From Pseudomonadota bacterium (lineage in GTDB: Bacteria > Bdellovibrionota_B > Oligoflexia > Oligoflexales > RGVZ01): a stretch of DNA of 39,244 bases. The translations under genes were made by a program, and so were the position numbers. Each line of letters starts with the position of its first letter. Positions within the stretch are counted from its first letter, which is position 1. A model generated the notes under the pieces. The model did no database searches. It saw only the letters and a program-made list of their open reading frames with translations, and was not told where the DNA came from. The DNA lies in assembly GCA_041178085.1 (NCBI GenBank), contig JBEGVZ010000074.1:1-39244 (forward strand), read 5' to 3'. This document shows, piece by piece, positions 1 to 10,500 of this stretch.

Positions 1-837
1 GCGGTGCTTTTCCAGGCTGGCGATTTCCTCAGAAATTTCCTTGATGATCTTCTCAAGAGCCGGCTTGCGGTCCGCAAGTTCTTTTTTGGCGCTGTTCAAT
101 GCAGCAACAAGGGTCGGGTCGGTGGCAGGTTTTCTTTTTGAAAGTGGCTTTTGTCCCCGCTGAAGTTCCTTTTGCTCGGCGCGCTTGGCAGCAAGATCAG
201 CAATTGATTTTTTGACGGTGGCAACTGCGTCATCGTACTTCTTCCGGGCGGCTTCGCTGCCATCCAGGGCGTTCAAAGCCGCTTCTTCTGCTGTTTTCGC
301 TGCCGTCAAGGCAACCTGAAGCTTATCGATTTCAGCGTTGACTGCGGCCAGTTTTGTTTTGAATTCCTCTTTTGGAATTGGTGGTTTTCCGTATATCGCG
401 GTTTGTGCGGCAGTGAGCTTTGCAACAAGTTGAGCCAATTGAGCCTGGGTCGCATCAAGGTCTTGTTTCTTTTCCTTGATCAGCTGATCGACTGCAGCCA
501 AGTGCGCGGCTGCGGTGGCCTGGCCGTCGATGGAAGGTAGACCTTCCGTCAGGTCTTCTCGTGAGTCGAGTGCGGCCTGGCAGAACTTCTTGGCCTCTTC
601 GATTGCCTTGTTAGCGCGCCCAATCAGGAGCTTCAATCGGACGTTAGATTTCTCAGCGTCTTTCAGGTCCGCTGAAGTGAGATCCAAGGGTTGGAATGTG
701 TCGTCGGTTTCAGAGGTCGCATTTGCCGATTCGACCTCAGAGGCTTTTTTTTCGTTGTCTTTGCGGTCACCACACCCCGCGGTGAACAAGGGGACCAGTG
801 CGACGGTTGCGAAAAAGTGAAGATGCATGGTTTTCAT
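1..837 (-). CDS. Coiled-coil-rich lipoprotein, partial (3' end runs off the window); not in the ORF track
   Basis: Manual translation from ATG at 837: MKTMHLHFFATVALVPLFTAGCGDRKDNEKK...KYDDAVATVKKSIADLAAKR...ALEKIIKEISEEIASLEKHR, open to base 1. GGAGG RBS just upstream; lipobox TAGC (Cys22); A/K/E/L-rich heptad pattern. Confidence 0.85.
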   Translation of the reverse strand, partial: MKTMHLHFFATVALVPLFTAGCGDRKDNEKKASEVESANATSETDDTFQPLDLTSADLKDAEKSNVRLKLLIGRANKAIEEAKKFCQAALDSREDLTEGLPSIDGQATAAAHLAAVDQLIKEKKQDLDATQAQLAQLVAKLTAAQTAIYGKPPIPKEEFKTKLAAVNAEIDKLQVALTAAKTAEEAALNALDGSEAARKKYDDAVATVKKSIADLAAKRAEQKELQRGQKPLSKRKPATDPTLVAALNSAKKELADRKPALEKIIKEISEEIASLEKHR

Positions 838-859
838 ATTCAACCTCCGATGAGTCGAC

Positions 860-886
860 TTATCGGCGATCGAGTCGGAAACCTGA
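860..886 (-). promoter_or_regulatory. Sigma-28 (FliA)-type promoter
   Basis: Minus strand reads TCAGGTTT-N11-GCCGATAA versus consensus TAAAGTTT-N11-GCCGATAA. Perfect -10 and spacing, 22 nt upstream of the ATG at 837. Confidence 0.75.
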
Positions 887-925
887 GTAGATCTTTTTAG
901 TTCAGTTATTTCAATTACTTGCAGA

Positions 926-3900
926 TCAGGTGGCGAAGTATCTTGCTTGTGGGTGCCACGAGATTACGGCGCAAGTGGATTGCTCCGGTACCATCTGGAA
1001 GTTTTCCGTAAGGTGCACGGCCGTCAACTCAGTTGCATTCAGGCATTTGAACAGGCGCGCGTTGTCTTCAAGGTCTGGGCAGGCCGGATAACCAAAGCTG
1101 TAGCGTGAACCCTGGTATCCTTGGCTGAAAAGTTGCCTGATGTTCCTTGAGTCACGTCCGTGAACCTTCAATTCCTTGCGGATTCGTGCGTGGAGCCACT
1201 CCGCATATGCTTCTGCCATTTCGGTGGCAAGGCCATGAAAGTAGAAGTAGTCCGAATATTGGTTTTGCGAATAAAGCTTGTTTGCAAAATGGCTGGCTGA
1301 TGGTCCCATCGTCACCAGTTGCATGGCGATCACATCGCGTTGTCCAGATGATCGTGGTGAGTAGAAGTCAGAAATGCACAGCCGCCTGCCGGAGCGCTGG
1401 CGCGGGAAATCAAAAGTGGTAATGACCTTTTCGCTGTCTGGTCCGGCAAAGACATGCAGCAGGTTGCCCTCAGAGGCGCACGGGAAATAACCGTAAACAG
1501 CCTTTGGTTGCAGCAGCTTTTCACGCTCCGCACGGGCACGCCAGGTGTTGAGAAGAGGCCGTGCCTTTGACTCCAGAATGTCCTTGAACTGATCGTCAGA
1601 CATCTCCCCCTTGGCAAATTGCCAGCGGGTGCGCACCAGTGCGAATTCGTCCAGGAACGGGAACAGGGTGGACAGGGGCGTTTCAAGAACTTTCGTGCCC
1701 CAAAAAGGCGGTGCAGGGATTTGCTTGAACCGCCGCACCCATGATGACTGGCCATCGCTGGTCAACTCTGTCGCGGTTGAACCGCGCCGCACCGCGCGCA
1801 CCCGGGGGCGGACCGGTTGCTTTGAGGTTTCTTCCGTCGCGTCGCTTGTGGTCTTGCTGATGGCAATGGCTTTGCCTGCGAGGACGTTATCCGGGCTCGC
1901 GTGGGCCTCGTTGCCCGTGATCTGCCCCATGATACGCAATCCTTCGAAGGCATCAGATGCGTAATAGACCTTACCCTTGTATGCAGCCTGGCAGTCTTCT
2001 TCGACAAATTGACGGGTCAGCGCAGCGCCACCAAGAATCACTGGCACCGTTACGTTGCGCGCGGTCATTTCCAGCAGGTCGGTGCGCATGATGGCGGTTG
2101 ATTTCACCAGCAGTCCAGACAGCCCGATCGCATCCGGTTTTACCTCGTGGTACTTCTGCAGGATCGCCTCCACCGGCTGCTTGATGCCGATGTTGACCAC
2201 TTCAAATCCGTTGTTGGTCAGGATGATGTCAACCAGGTTTTTACCAATGTCGTGAACGTCGCCCTTGACGGTAGCCAGCAGGATCTTGCCTTTCTTCTGG
2301 CCCGTTTCTGACCGGTCCATGAACGGCTCCAGATGGGCCACCGCAGTTTTCATGGCCTCTGCGGATTCCAGGACAAACGGCAGCTGCATTTCACCGGCGC
2401 CGAACTTCTCGCCAACCACACGCATCCCCTCAAGGAGGAAGTTGTTGATGATTTCGAGCGGCTTGTATTCCTTGAGGGCCAGCGTCAGCGACGGGATGAT
2501 GCCAAGCTTGTCACCATCGATGATGTGGTTTGCGAGTCGCTGTGGCAGCGGCAGGTCCATGCCGCCGCCGGCATCCATTCTCTTGCCTGCCTTCTTGTCG
2601 GTGTACCGGGCGAGGACTTCCTTGAGCGGGTCATAATCCTGGCGGGTGCGGTCAAACACCAGGTCTTCGAAAATTTGCCGTTCGTCCTGGGGGATCTTGA
2701 AAACCGGAATGATTTTTGATGCGTTCAGGATTGCAAGGTCGAGTCCGTATTCGACGGCATGATAAAGCATGACGCTATTGAGCAGGCGGCGCGGCCATGG
2801 GTTCAGGCCGAAGCTGACGTTGGACAGGCCAAGGATCGTCTTCACCCCGGGCATCGCCTCCTTGATCAGGCGGATTGCCTCGAGCGTCTCAATCGCGCTT
2901 TTGCGGAACTCGGCATCGCCGGAGCCCAGCGTAAAGGTGAGCGGGTCAAAGATGATGTCGCCAGGCTTGAGTCCGAATTCCTCATGGGCGATGCGATAGA
3001 TGCGGCGAGCGATCTCCAGCTTCTTTTCACGTGTTTTTGCCATGCCATCTTCGTCGATGGTCAGGGCCACGACAGCCGCGCCGTAAGTGCGGCACAGGTC
3101 GAGCACCTGGCGGGCACGGTCTTCGCCGTCTTCGAGGTTGATCGAGTTGACGATTGCCTTGCCCGGGACAATCTTGAGCGATTCTTCGATGACCGGTACT
3201 TCCGTCGAATCGACCATGATCGGAATGTTGACCTGCGTCACGGTCCGCTGCAGGAATTCCCGCATGTCACGCACTTCATTGCGTGAAACATAAGCCGTGC
3301 AACAGTCAAGGATGTGCGCACCTTCCTTCAACTGGCCCTTGGCGATCTGCACAAGTCCGTCAAAGTCATCTTCTTTGAGCTTGTCCCTGAACAGCTTTGA
3401 TCCGTTTGCGTTGGTGCGTTCCCCAACGTAGAGCGGACGGACATCGACGTCCATCGGCTGGGCGTTGTAAAGGGACGATACTGCGTTTTCAAAGCGCGGT
3501 TCGCGCTGGGTCAGTTGACGGTCCGAAAGGGCCTTCGTCAAGGCGCGGATATGATCTGGTGTTGTCCCGCAACAGCCTCCGACGATGTTGACGCCATAAG
3601 TTCTGGCCAGTCCAGCGACTTTGTCGGCAAAGACCTCGGGGCCGAGCGGATAGACCGTCTGTCCCTTGACGTTTTCCGGCAGCCCGGCATTGGGCAGGCA
3701 GCTGAGCATGAACGGGGCTGTCTGGCTGAGGTACTGCAAGTGCGTGCGCATCTCGTCTGGGCCAGTGGCACAGTTGAGCCCGATGCTTGAGATCGGGAAC
3801 ATTTCCAGGGTCGCCAGGGAAGACTGGATGTCGCTGCCGACCAGGAGTGTCCCGGTCAGCTCCACGGTTACCTGGGCCATGACTGGCAGTTTTACCTTGC

Positions 3901-4456
3901 GTTCCTTCATTGCTTCAATGCATGCGCGGATCGCGATCTTGATCTGCTGGATATCCTGAGCCGTCTCAATGAGCAGGACGTCACTGCCGCCATCGATCAA
4001 GCCGAGTACCTGGGCGCGGTAGCTCTTGAGCATCGTGTCGTAGTCAACATGCCCGAGGGTGATCAGTTTCGTGCCAGGTCCGATGGAGCCGATCACGTAA
4101 GTTGGGCGTGCCGTGTAGCTGTCACATACTTCGCGGGCGAGCCTTGCTGCAACCACGTTGAGTTCATACGTGCGCGCCGGTATGCCGTATTCCGCAAGGA
4201 CGATCTCATTTGAGCCAAAAGTGTTGGTCTCGATGCCGTCGGCGCCAGCGTCCAGATAGGCGGCATGAATTTCGCGGATCCAGTCGGGACGGGTGATGCA
4301 AAGCAGTTCGTTGCAGCCTTCAAACGCGGCCCCGCCGAAGTCGTCGGCCGTTGGCTCCCGGATCTGAAGTTGCGTGCCCATGCCCCCGTCAAGGAACATG
4401 ATCTGACGGCGCGCCAGCTCGAAGAAATCAGGATGTTGTACGCGACGGGAGTTCAT
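926..4456 (-). CDS. metH: Cobalamin-dependent methionine synthase
   Basis: Hcy domain (DGGMGT, GLNCATGP, GGCCGT Zn ligands), pterin domain (GERTNANGS), B12 motif GDVHDIGKNLV, SGLL, activation domain RYSFGYPACPDLE. ATG at 4456 overlaps the ferredoxin stop (TGATG); the track starts at TTG 4459. Confidence 0.97.
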   Translation of the reverse strand: MNSRRVQHPDFFELARRQIMFLDGGMGTQLQIREPTADDFGGAAFEGCNELLCITRPDWIREIHAAYLDAGADGIETNTFGSNEIVLAEYGIPARTYELNVVAARLAREVCDSYTARPTYVIGSIGPGTKLITLGHVDYDTMLKSYRAQVLGLIDGGSDVLLIETAQDIQQIKIAIRACIEAMKERKVKLPVMAQVTVELTGTLLVGSDIQSSLATLEMFPISSIGLNCATGPDEMRTHLQYLSQTAPFMLSCLPNAGLPENVKGQTVYPLGPEVFADKVAGLARTYGVNIVGGCCGTTPDHIRALTKALSDRQLTQREPRFENAVSSLYNAQPMDVDVRPLYVGERTNANGSKLFRDKLKEDDFDGLVQIAKGQLKEGAHILDCCTAYVSRNEVRDMREFLQRTVTQVNIPIMVDSTEVPVIEESLKIVPGKAIVNSINLEDGEDRARQVLDLCRTYGAAVVALTIDEDGMAKTREKKLEIARRIYRIAHEEFGLKPGDIIFDPLTFTLGSGDAEFRKSAIETLEAIRLIKEAMPGVKTILGLSNVSFGLNPWPRRLLNSVMLYHAVEYGLDLAILNASKIIPVFKIPQDERQIFEDLVFDRTRQDYDPLKEVLARYTDKKAGKRMDAGGGMDLPLPQRLANHIIDGDKLGIIPSLTLALKEYKPLEIINNFLLEGMRVVGEKFGAGEMQLPFVLESAEAMKTAVAHLEPFMDRSETGQKKGKILLATVKGDVHDIGKNLVDIILTNNGFEVVNIGIKQPVEAILQKYHEVKPDAIGLSGLLVKSTAIMRTDLLEMTARNVTVPVILGGAALTRQFVEEDCQAAYKGKVYYASDAFEGLRIMGQITGNEAHASPDNVLAGKAIAISKTTSDATEETSKQPVRPRVRAVRRGSTATELTSDGQSSWVRRFKQIPAPPFWGTKVLETPLSTLFPFLDEFALVRTRWQFAKGEMSDDQFKDILESKARPLLNTWRARAEREKLLQPKAVYGYFPCASEGNLLHVFAGPDSEKVITTFDFPRQRSGRRLCISDFYSPRSSGQRDVIAMQLVTMGPSASHFANKLYSQNQYSDYFYFHGLATEMAEAYAEWLHARIRKELKVHGRDSRNIRQLFSQGYQGSRYSFGYPACPDLEDNARLFKCLNATELTAVHLTENFQMVPEQSTCAVISWHPQARYFAT

Positions 4457-4767
4457 CAAAGCTGGTCTTGATCCTCAATGTCGTCAAGACCGACGTAGCG
4501 GATCTTGCAGTCGCCATTAATCTTCAACTGGCAGCCAAGGCGTTCGTCCGGGTGAGCGCCAAAATCGCTCAGGAAGTCGCTCTCTTCCTTGCTGGCAGGG
4601 GACAGGTTTTCTTTGCCGGCAACGACCCGGATCCGGCAAGTGCCGCAGCTTCCGGACTTGCAGCCAAAAGTGATGTCACAATCGACCTCGGCGGCAACAT
4701 CAACCAGCGCGATGCCTTCGTCGGCATCGACCTCAAGGTCTTCTGATGTGAAGTAAATGAGCGCCAT
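4456..4767 (-). CDS. [2Fe-2S] ferredoxin
   Basis: FGCKSGSCGTC...RLGCQ (C-x4-C-x2-C...C), acidic, 103 aa from ATG 4767 (MALIYF) with TAAGG RBS. Confidence 0.92.
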   Translation of the reverse strand: MALIYFTSEDLEVDADEGIALVDVAAEVDCDITFGCKSGSCGTCRIRVVAGKENLSPASKEESDFLSDFGAHPDERLGCQLKINGDCKIRYVGLDDIEDQDQL

Positions 4768-4789
4768 GGGTCGAACCTTATTGCAAAAC

Positions 4790-5479
4790 TCACCAAAGTG
4801 AAACGCTGAAGTCGATGGTGATTGCCCGCACAAGTTCAGTCAAAGGCAGGCCGACGACGTTGCTGTAGGAGCCATCGATACGTTCGATCATGTAGGCGCC
4901 GATCCCCTGGGCGGCATAGCTTCCAGCCTTGTCCATGGGCTCTCCGGTGGCAACATAAGCGTCGATTTCGGCCGGCGTCAGAGGTTTAATCGAGACCTTG
5001 GTTTTCACCGTAAATGTCTTGGTGTTCAATGGTTTCAGGCTTGCGTCCCTGGCCGTGCCACCGGCTGCGATCGCTTGCAACAGCGTCAAGGAAACTCCCG
5101 AAACCACGGTGTGTGTCTGGCCAGAAAGTTCCGCCAGCATCCGGCTTGCGTCAGCCTGGTCCGCGGGCTTCTCCAGGATCTGGTCCCCGAGGACCACAAT
5201 CGTGTCGCAGGTGATGATCAGAAATTGCTGGCCATCGACCACGGGGCGCCTGGCCAGGGACTGGATCACCGCAGCATTCTTTTCCCGTGCGTTACGTTCC
5301 GCGTAACCTTCCGGAAGCTCGGATTTTTTTGGCTTTTCTTCGATGTCAGGGGAAATCACCTCGTGGGCAACAATGTGCCCCAGAAGCTCTCGTCGTCTGG
5401 GGGATGAACTGCCGAGGATGATCAAAGGCAAGGCAGATCCCCGTACTCCGCTGGCAAGTGGCTGCGTCATTTTCACCAT
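4790..5479 (-). CDS. maf: Maf family nucleoside triphosphate pyrophosphatase (YhdE-like)
   Basis: LGSSSPRRRELL, CDTIVV, ILEKP, LSGQTH, DKAGSYAAQG, SNVVGLP motifs; GGGAGG RBS. Confidence 0.93.
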   Translation of the reverse strand: MVKMTQPLASGVRGSALPLIILGSSSPRRRELLGHIVAHEVISPDIEEKPKKSELPEGYAERNAREKNAAVIQSLARRPVVDGQQFLIITCDTIVVLGDQILEKPADQADASRMLAELSGQTHTVVSGVSLTLLQAIAAGGTARDASLKPLNTKTFTVKTKVSIKPLTPAEIDAYVATGEPMDKAGSYAAQGIGAYMIERIDGSYSNVVGLPLTELVRAITIDFSVSLW

Positions 5480-5575
5480 GAAATCCTCCCGGAACGGGTC
5501 TCATTATGCTAAAATTTTAATAAATTCCAGTATTTCTGACTCTTATACGAACCTCTTTCCGGTTGGGTTTTACGC

Positions 5576-6523
5576 ATGGCTGAAACTCGCCTGCTTGCCT
5601 ATGTCAGTCAAGGCGACAATCACCTTCGTCACGTGGCCCAGATCATTTCGTCAGGGGATTGGCGTCTTGAGGGCAAGCCCACTACCTTGCGGGAAGCTTT
5701 AAACGGATGCCTTGACGGAACCTTCAGCGGGTTGATCATTGAGGACACGCAGCAGTTGCCGTTGGCCACCATTCTGCTGCAGGAAATGCGCAACCCTCTG
5801 CTCTATCTCGTGCCGATCATGGTGCTCCTGGACAAGGAACGCGAAGAGGATGCGGAGGTCCTCAGCGCACACTTCGGTTTCGACGTAGTCACCAAGCCGA
5901 TCTCCCGGTTGCTCGTTGCGCAATCCTTCGCCTCCTTCAATCGCAAAACCTTGACGGATACCGGGAAGCGCCTTGCCTTGGTCCTTCGTGAGTACCGTGC
6001 GTCTGACCTTGCCCGCCGCCACGCTTTTTTTGATTCCCTGGCGAACGATCCTGCCGTCGTCCACCGGGCGCGGTGCGCGAAGGCGGCTTTGACCCTTTCA
6101 GAAGGGATGCCGGGGGTGACCACACATGCAGCGCAGATGAAGGCTGCGGAGGCTGAACTTCTCCGCCATGCGAAGCTGTTCCCGCGTAACGCGATGGCGT
6201 TTCTTTTGCTTGGTGGGCTTTACGCAGAGTGGAGCATGCCCGTCCTGGCCAAGAGAGTCTTTCAGGGTGCAGCTGTCGCTGCACCGCGGTTCTCCATCTG
6301 CAACGCTTCGCTCGCCCAGATGCACTTGCTGCTGGGTGAAGTTGAGGAGGCGATCGGCAGCTTGAGCCGTCTCCTGCAGGCCGGATTTTTTCCCGATGAA
6401 ACAAGCTTTGCACTCGCCAAGTTGTATTTTTCGATTGGGCGCGTGCCGGAGGCTAACAAGGTTTTGCAGGGTCAGGCGGGACGTTTCAACATTCTTCAGG
6501 CCGCATGGATGGACTCGAAATGA
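5576..6523 (+). CDS. Degenerate receiver-like domain plus TPR repeats
   Basis: N-terminus has a REC-like layout (GLIIED, RNP..VPIMVL, VVTKP). C-terminus has TPR-like helices (AFLLLGGLY, NASLAQMHLLLGEVEEAI, SFALAKLYFSIGRVPEA). Confidence 0.65.
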   Translation: MAETRLLAYVSQGDNHLRHVAQIISSGDWRLEGKPTTLREALNGCLDGTFSGLIIEDTQQLPLATILLQEMRNPLLYLVPIMVLLDKEREEDAEVLSAHFGFDVVTKPISRLLVAQSFASFNRKTLTDTGKRLALVLREYRASDLARRHAFFDSLANDPAVVHRARCAKAALTLSEGMPGVTTHAAQMKAAEAELLRHAKLFPRNAMAFLLLGGLYAEWSMPVLAKRVFQGAAVAAPRFSICNASLAQMHLLLGEVEEAIGSLSRLLQAGFFPDETSFALAKLYFSIGRVPEANKVLQGQAGRFNILQAAWMDSK

Positions 6524-7575
6524 ATCCAGTGGAGCCAGCCAAAAATATTTCGACGCCCGGAGATTTTTCCTCTTACTGGGGGTTTCGTCATTCGCCTTTC
6601 CTTACCCGGGTGGTCGTGCCTGCGTCGGCCTTGCTGGATAACCAGAAGGCTCTGGCTGGACGCTTGCTTGTCGCAGCCCAGGAAGGTGCACCGCTTGCTG
6701 TCGTGAGGGGCGAAGACGGCGCCGGGACCACGACCCTCGCGCGTTGGCTTTATGACGCTCTTCCAGTTTCTACCCACATGGCGTTGTTGCTTGCCCCCGG
6801 AGCTCCAGGAGTTGAGCCCGCCGCTTTGTCCCAGCGGATGGTTGAGCTGATGCAGGCCGCTCCTGGAAACTCAGCCGGGGAAATCGCTGCCGGCTCTTCC
6901 TTGCGGGACCAGATGCTCGGGTTGGCGCCAGTTTTTGACTGGATCCGTCAACGGGGTAAGCGCCTCGCTGTCGTACTCGACAATGCCGGTTTCCTTGCCG
7001 GGGAATCCTGGGCGGCCTTTTTTCTGTCGCTGCTGCGCCAGGGGGAACTCGTGGACAACGTGGTTCAGTTTTTCCTGTTTGGCGGAACAAGTGAAATGGA
7101 AGCCATGTCAGCTGGCTGGCCGCGTGCGCTTGCGTCACGTACGAGTTCGTTCAGGCTGCAGTCACCGGCAGACGAGTGCCTTCACGGGTGGTTGCGGACT
7201 CGCTTGGTGATGGCAGGAATGTCTGAAGCGCGGGCAAAGACAGTATTCTCTCCCGCAGCTGCAGCCGGGGCGGTGCATGCGGCCAGGGGCAGCTTGACCC
7301 GGCTTGGCCGGATTGCTGGTGGAGCCTTGACCGAGGCTTTTCTTGCCGGTCGCAAAACGGTCGAAGTCCAGGATGTTGAGGCCGTGTTGAACGACACGAC
7401 CGACCGTGTGCAGCCAGCGAGTGGCGCAGTGCGTGGTCAGCGCCAGCACGTAAGTTCAAGGGGGCAGCCCGACGCCCAGGTCCGGGGCGATTCGGGGGGT
7501 TCTGAAGGTACGGGTGGTGACAGGGATTCGGGGGCACATTTGCCCCGGCTGATCGATCTGGTGAAACTCGATTGA
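6520..7575 (+). CDS. ExeA/GspA-like AAA ATPase homolog with degenerate Walker A and B
   Basis: YWGFRHSPF N-terminal signature, VRGEDGAGTTT (Walker A lacking Lys), AVVLDNA (Walker B), QFFLFG, RLVMAG..VFS, C-terminal helical lid ALTEAFLAGRKTVEVQDV. ATGA overlap with the upstream stop. Confidence 0.75.
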   Translation: MNPVEPAKNISTPGDFSSYWGFRHSPFLTRVVVPASALLDNQKALAGRLLVAAQEGAPLAVVRGEDGAGTTTLARWLYDALPVSTHMALLLAPGAPGVEPAALSQRMVELMQAAPGNSAGEIAAGSSLRDQMLGLAPVFDWIRQRGKRLAVVLDNAGFLAGESWAAFFLSLLRQGELVDNVVQFFLFGGTSEMEAMSAGWPRALASRTSSFRLQSPADECLHGWLRTRLVMAGMSEARAKTVFSPAAAAGAVHAARGSLTRLGRIAGGALTEAFLAGRKTVEVQDVEAVLNDTTDRVQPASGAVRGQRQHVSSRGQPDAQVRGDSGGSEGTGGDRDSGAHLPRLIDLVKLD

Positions 7576-7590
7576 CCGCTGGATCCGGGG

Positions 7591-10500
7591 TTGAAGGTGC
7601 GGATAAGCATCAAACATCAAAAGCTGCTCGTCATGGTGGTGCTGGTCCTTGCGGCCATGTACCTGGCGAATCTTTTGGTGGACAATCCCTACACGCACCG
7701 CTTCGTGCGGCGGACGGTCGACGGGCTACTCAAAGACTCAACTCACCTCAGCGTTGATTACCGGGTCATGCGCGTGCAGTTATTTCCCCCGGCCCTGGAC
7801 TTGTACGGGCTGGAGGTGAATCGTACGGACGGCGCGCATTCGGGCGGTGAAGCATCCACCAAGGTCAATCCCAGGCTGCTCAGTGCTGCTCACATCCGTG
7901 CCACCCTGTCCCTGTGGTCCTTGCTGATCGGTTCGCCGCAACTTGCATCGATCGAGGCCAACAACGCCCGCCTGGAGATTGACGAGTATTCGACGATTGG
8001 CAAGGTCATCAACACAGATGCCACAAAAAATTCCGACCCATCGATGTCGGGATTTTCCTGGCCCCCGCAATTTCCCGTGCCGGTTCGTAAGGTGATCCTG
8101 CGTAACGCACATGTCTCCGTGTTTGACAGTGGGGAGTCCCGGCGCGTTCCCCTGCTCCCGGCCTCGACCTTGTTCCGCGGTGAAAACATTGACCTGAGCA
8201 TCACCACCCAGGCCTGGGACAACGCCGACATCTCCTTGTCAGCTGCCAACGTCGAGCTGCGGATTGGTGGCACTGGTTACCTCAGCGGGGCAAAGATGGT
8301 CGCGGATGCTACCTACAACACCAACACGGTAGACTTGCGGATTTCCAACATGGAAAGCGCTGCGACCACCAAGGGACTGAGTGGCGACGGGCACGTCCGC
8401 GTGACCTTTGACGAGATACTTCCCAAACCTGACTTGCGGAATATTTCGGGCGAAGCGTCGATGCGCGTGGCAGGCGATATTTCCTTGCTGGGAACCATTC
8501 TCGATATTTCAGAGACGAGTGGACCGGCGAAAGCCTCTGTGAAAGCAAAATTTTCTATTCCGCTGGCCAGGAAGGGTGGCGGAGCGCAGCCACAGCTGTC
8601 CGTTGTCGCCGACACCGAATCTGCCGGAGCGCTATTTGGTGGATTCAAGTTGCATAATTTCAAGTCCCGCCTGGACATCGACATGGAACGGATTGCGTTT
8701 GAGGATGTGCAACTTATCATTGGCGCAAGGAATTACGGAACCGGAAGGGGTTTCTTGAGGCTTGACAGTCCCGGCCGCTATTCGTTCCAGCTTCGCCCGG
8801 ATCACCTGCCCTTGAGCAAGCTCCTGGATGTTTTCGACGTCGGGTTTGATGTTCTCGATCTGGACATGACTGGAAATGACCTGGAGCTTTCCGGAACTTC
8901 AAAGCCGTTCAAGATGCTCGCGACGGCACAAGTGATTGCAGACAAGATTTCATTGCCATCAACGCCATACGACCACTCCCGGTTCCCTGAAAGCCCTGAG
9001 TGTGATCTTGGCCTGCGCCTCGACATCGATTCCGCACGAATTGTCTTTGACGGTACGGGTGGCATCTGTCGCAGTGGTGGCGGAGAGTCCACCATCCAGT
9101 TCACGGGTCCAGTCTGGTTCGACGACAAGCGCGGGATTGACCTGAAGGTCAACCTGCCGCAATTGGATGCGCGCATTGGTGAGTATTTCGCGCAGATACC
9201 CCTGCGTGGTGCGGGCGCCGCCAGCACGCGAGTGCATGGACCTTACAGCCATGTGCTCATCGACGGGGATTTCAACTTCCGCAGCCTTCTGGTCGACAAG
9301 ATGCTTCTAGGCCAGGCGACCGGCAACTGGTCCGTTGACGGCAACAAGGTGCGATGGACCGGCCTGAGGCTTGTCCCGGAGGAAGGTGCAGAAATCATTT
9401 CTGCCGATGGCACGCTGGACACCTCAGGTGAAATGTCGATTGACTCGTCTGTGTCTGCAACCAATGTGCCGCCCTCATTTATCACCGGGCTGTTGGAGAC
9501 CGCTGGTGCCGGCATTCCGCTCGCTTTTGGGCTGGAAGCCGTGCAGGGAAAATTTCGTGGCCCGTTGAAGGAGCCTCTCTGGTGGGACATTGATGCATCT
9601 GCCGCAGTTTTCGACGTGGACTATCAAGGGAAACGGCTGGCCGACCACGCCGGCGCAAAGCTTGCCGCGACCAAGGATGCCTGGCGTGTAACCCAGTTAA
9701 ACAGCGTTCTTGGTGACCTTGGCGTTGATGGCAAGTTTGCCATCATCCGCCCCCAGTCGGATGGCAAGCTCCGCCGACGTCGAGGTGCAGGATTTTCGGG
9801 GTCCGACAAAGCTGAGATCGAGGCGCGCGTTTACTCCATATCGAATCTCAAGTCCGAGGCAGATCATATCTCGCGGATGCCCTTTCTGCAGGAGTCGCTT
9901 GCGTCGACTGAGATCAAGGGCTTTCTCGCTGGCGACGTCAAACTCGGTGGTCGCCTTGATTCCCTGGAGGGTGCTTTTGATGCGACCGTGTTGCGGCCGC
10001 GACTCCTTGGTAGCGCAATTGCTCCAGTGAGGGTGAAGGGTGTTGTCACAGGACAGAAATACGAACTCATCGTGAACCAGGGGGGCAACTCACTGGAAGG
10101 GCGTCTGTCGATTGACCTATCCCGGCCGTCGATGCCGTTCGACTGGTTCTTGACTGCGAATCGCATGGACATCCGTTTTGTCGCAACACCTTGGTTCGCG
10201 AGCGATCCACGAAACTACATCTATGCAAGCGGTTCCTGGGTGATGCGAGGTGAGTTTGCCAACTTCTGGCAATCCGAGGGCAAGCTTGTCATCAACAACA
10301 TCAACGGCAGGCTCTTGAGGGAAGTGCTCGGTGAGCAGCGTGTGGTCAATATCCAGTCCGGAGGTCCCGCGGAATTTGTGTTCTCGGGAGGTGCCCTGAA
10401 GGCTCCCGGTGGCAAGGACCTGGTGTTGAATGCCCAGCAGGCCAGTGTCCGGGTGTCTCTTGGCGAGGGCAATAACCTGCCGAAAAGGGTCAATATCGCA

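Noticed and set aside
515..900. Plus-strand ORFs 515..820 and 691..900
   Set aside because: Antisense to the real lipoprotein gene (1..837, minus), which has an RBS, lipobox and promoter.
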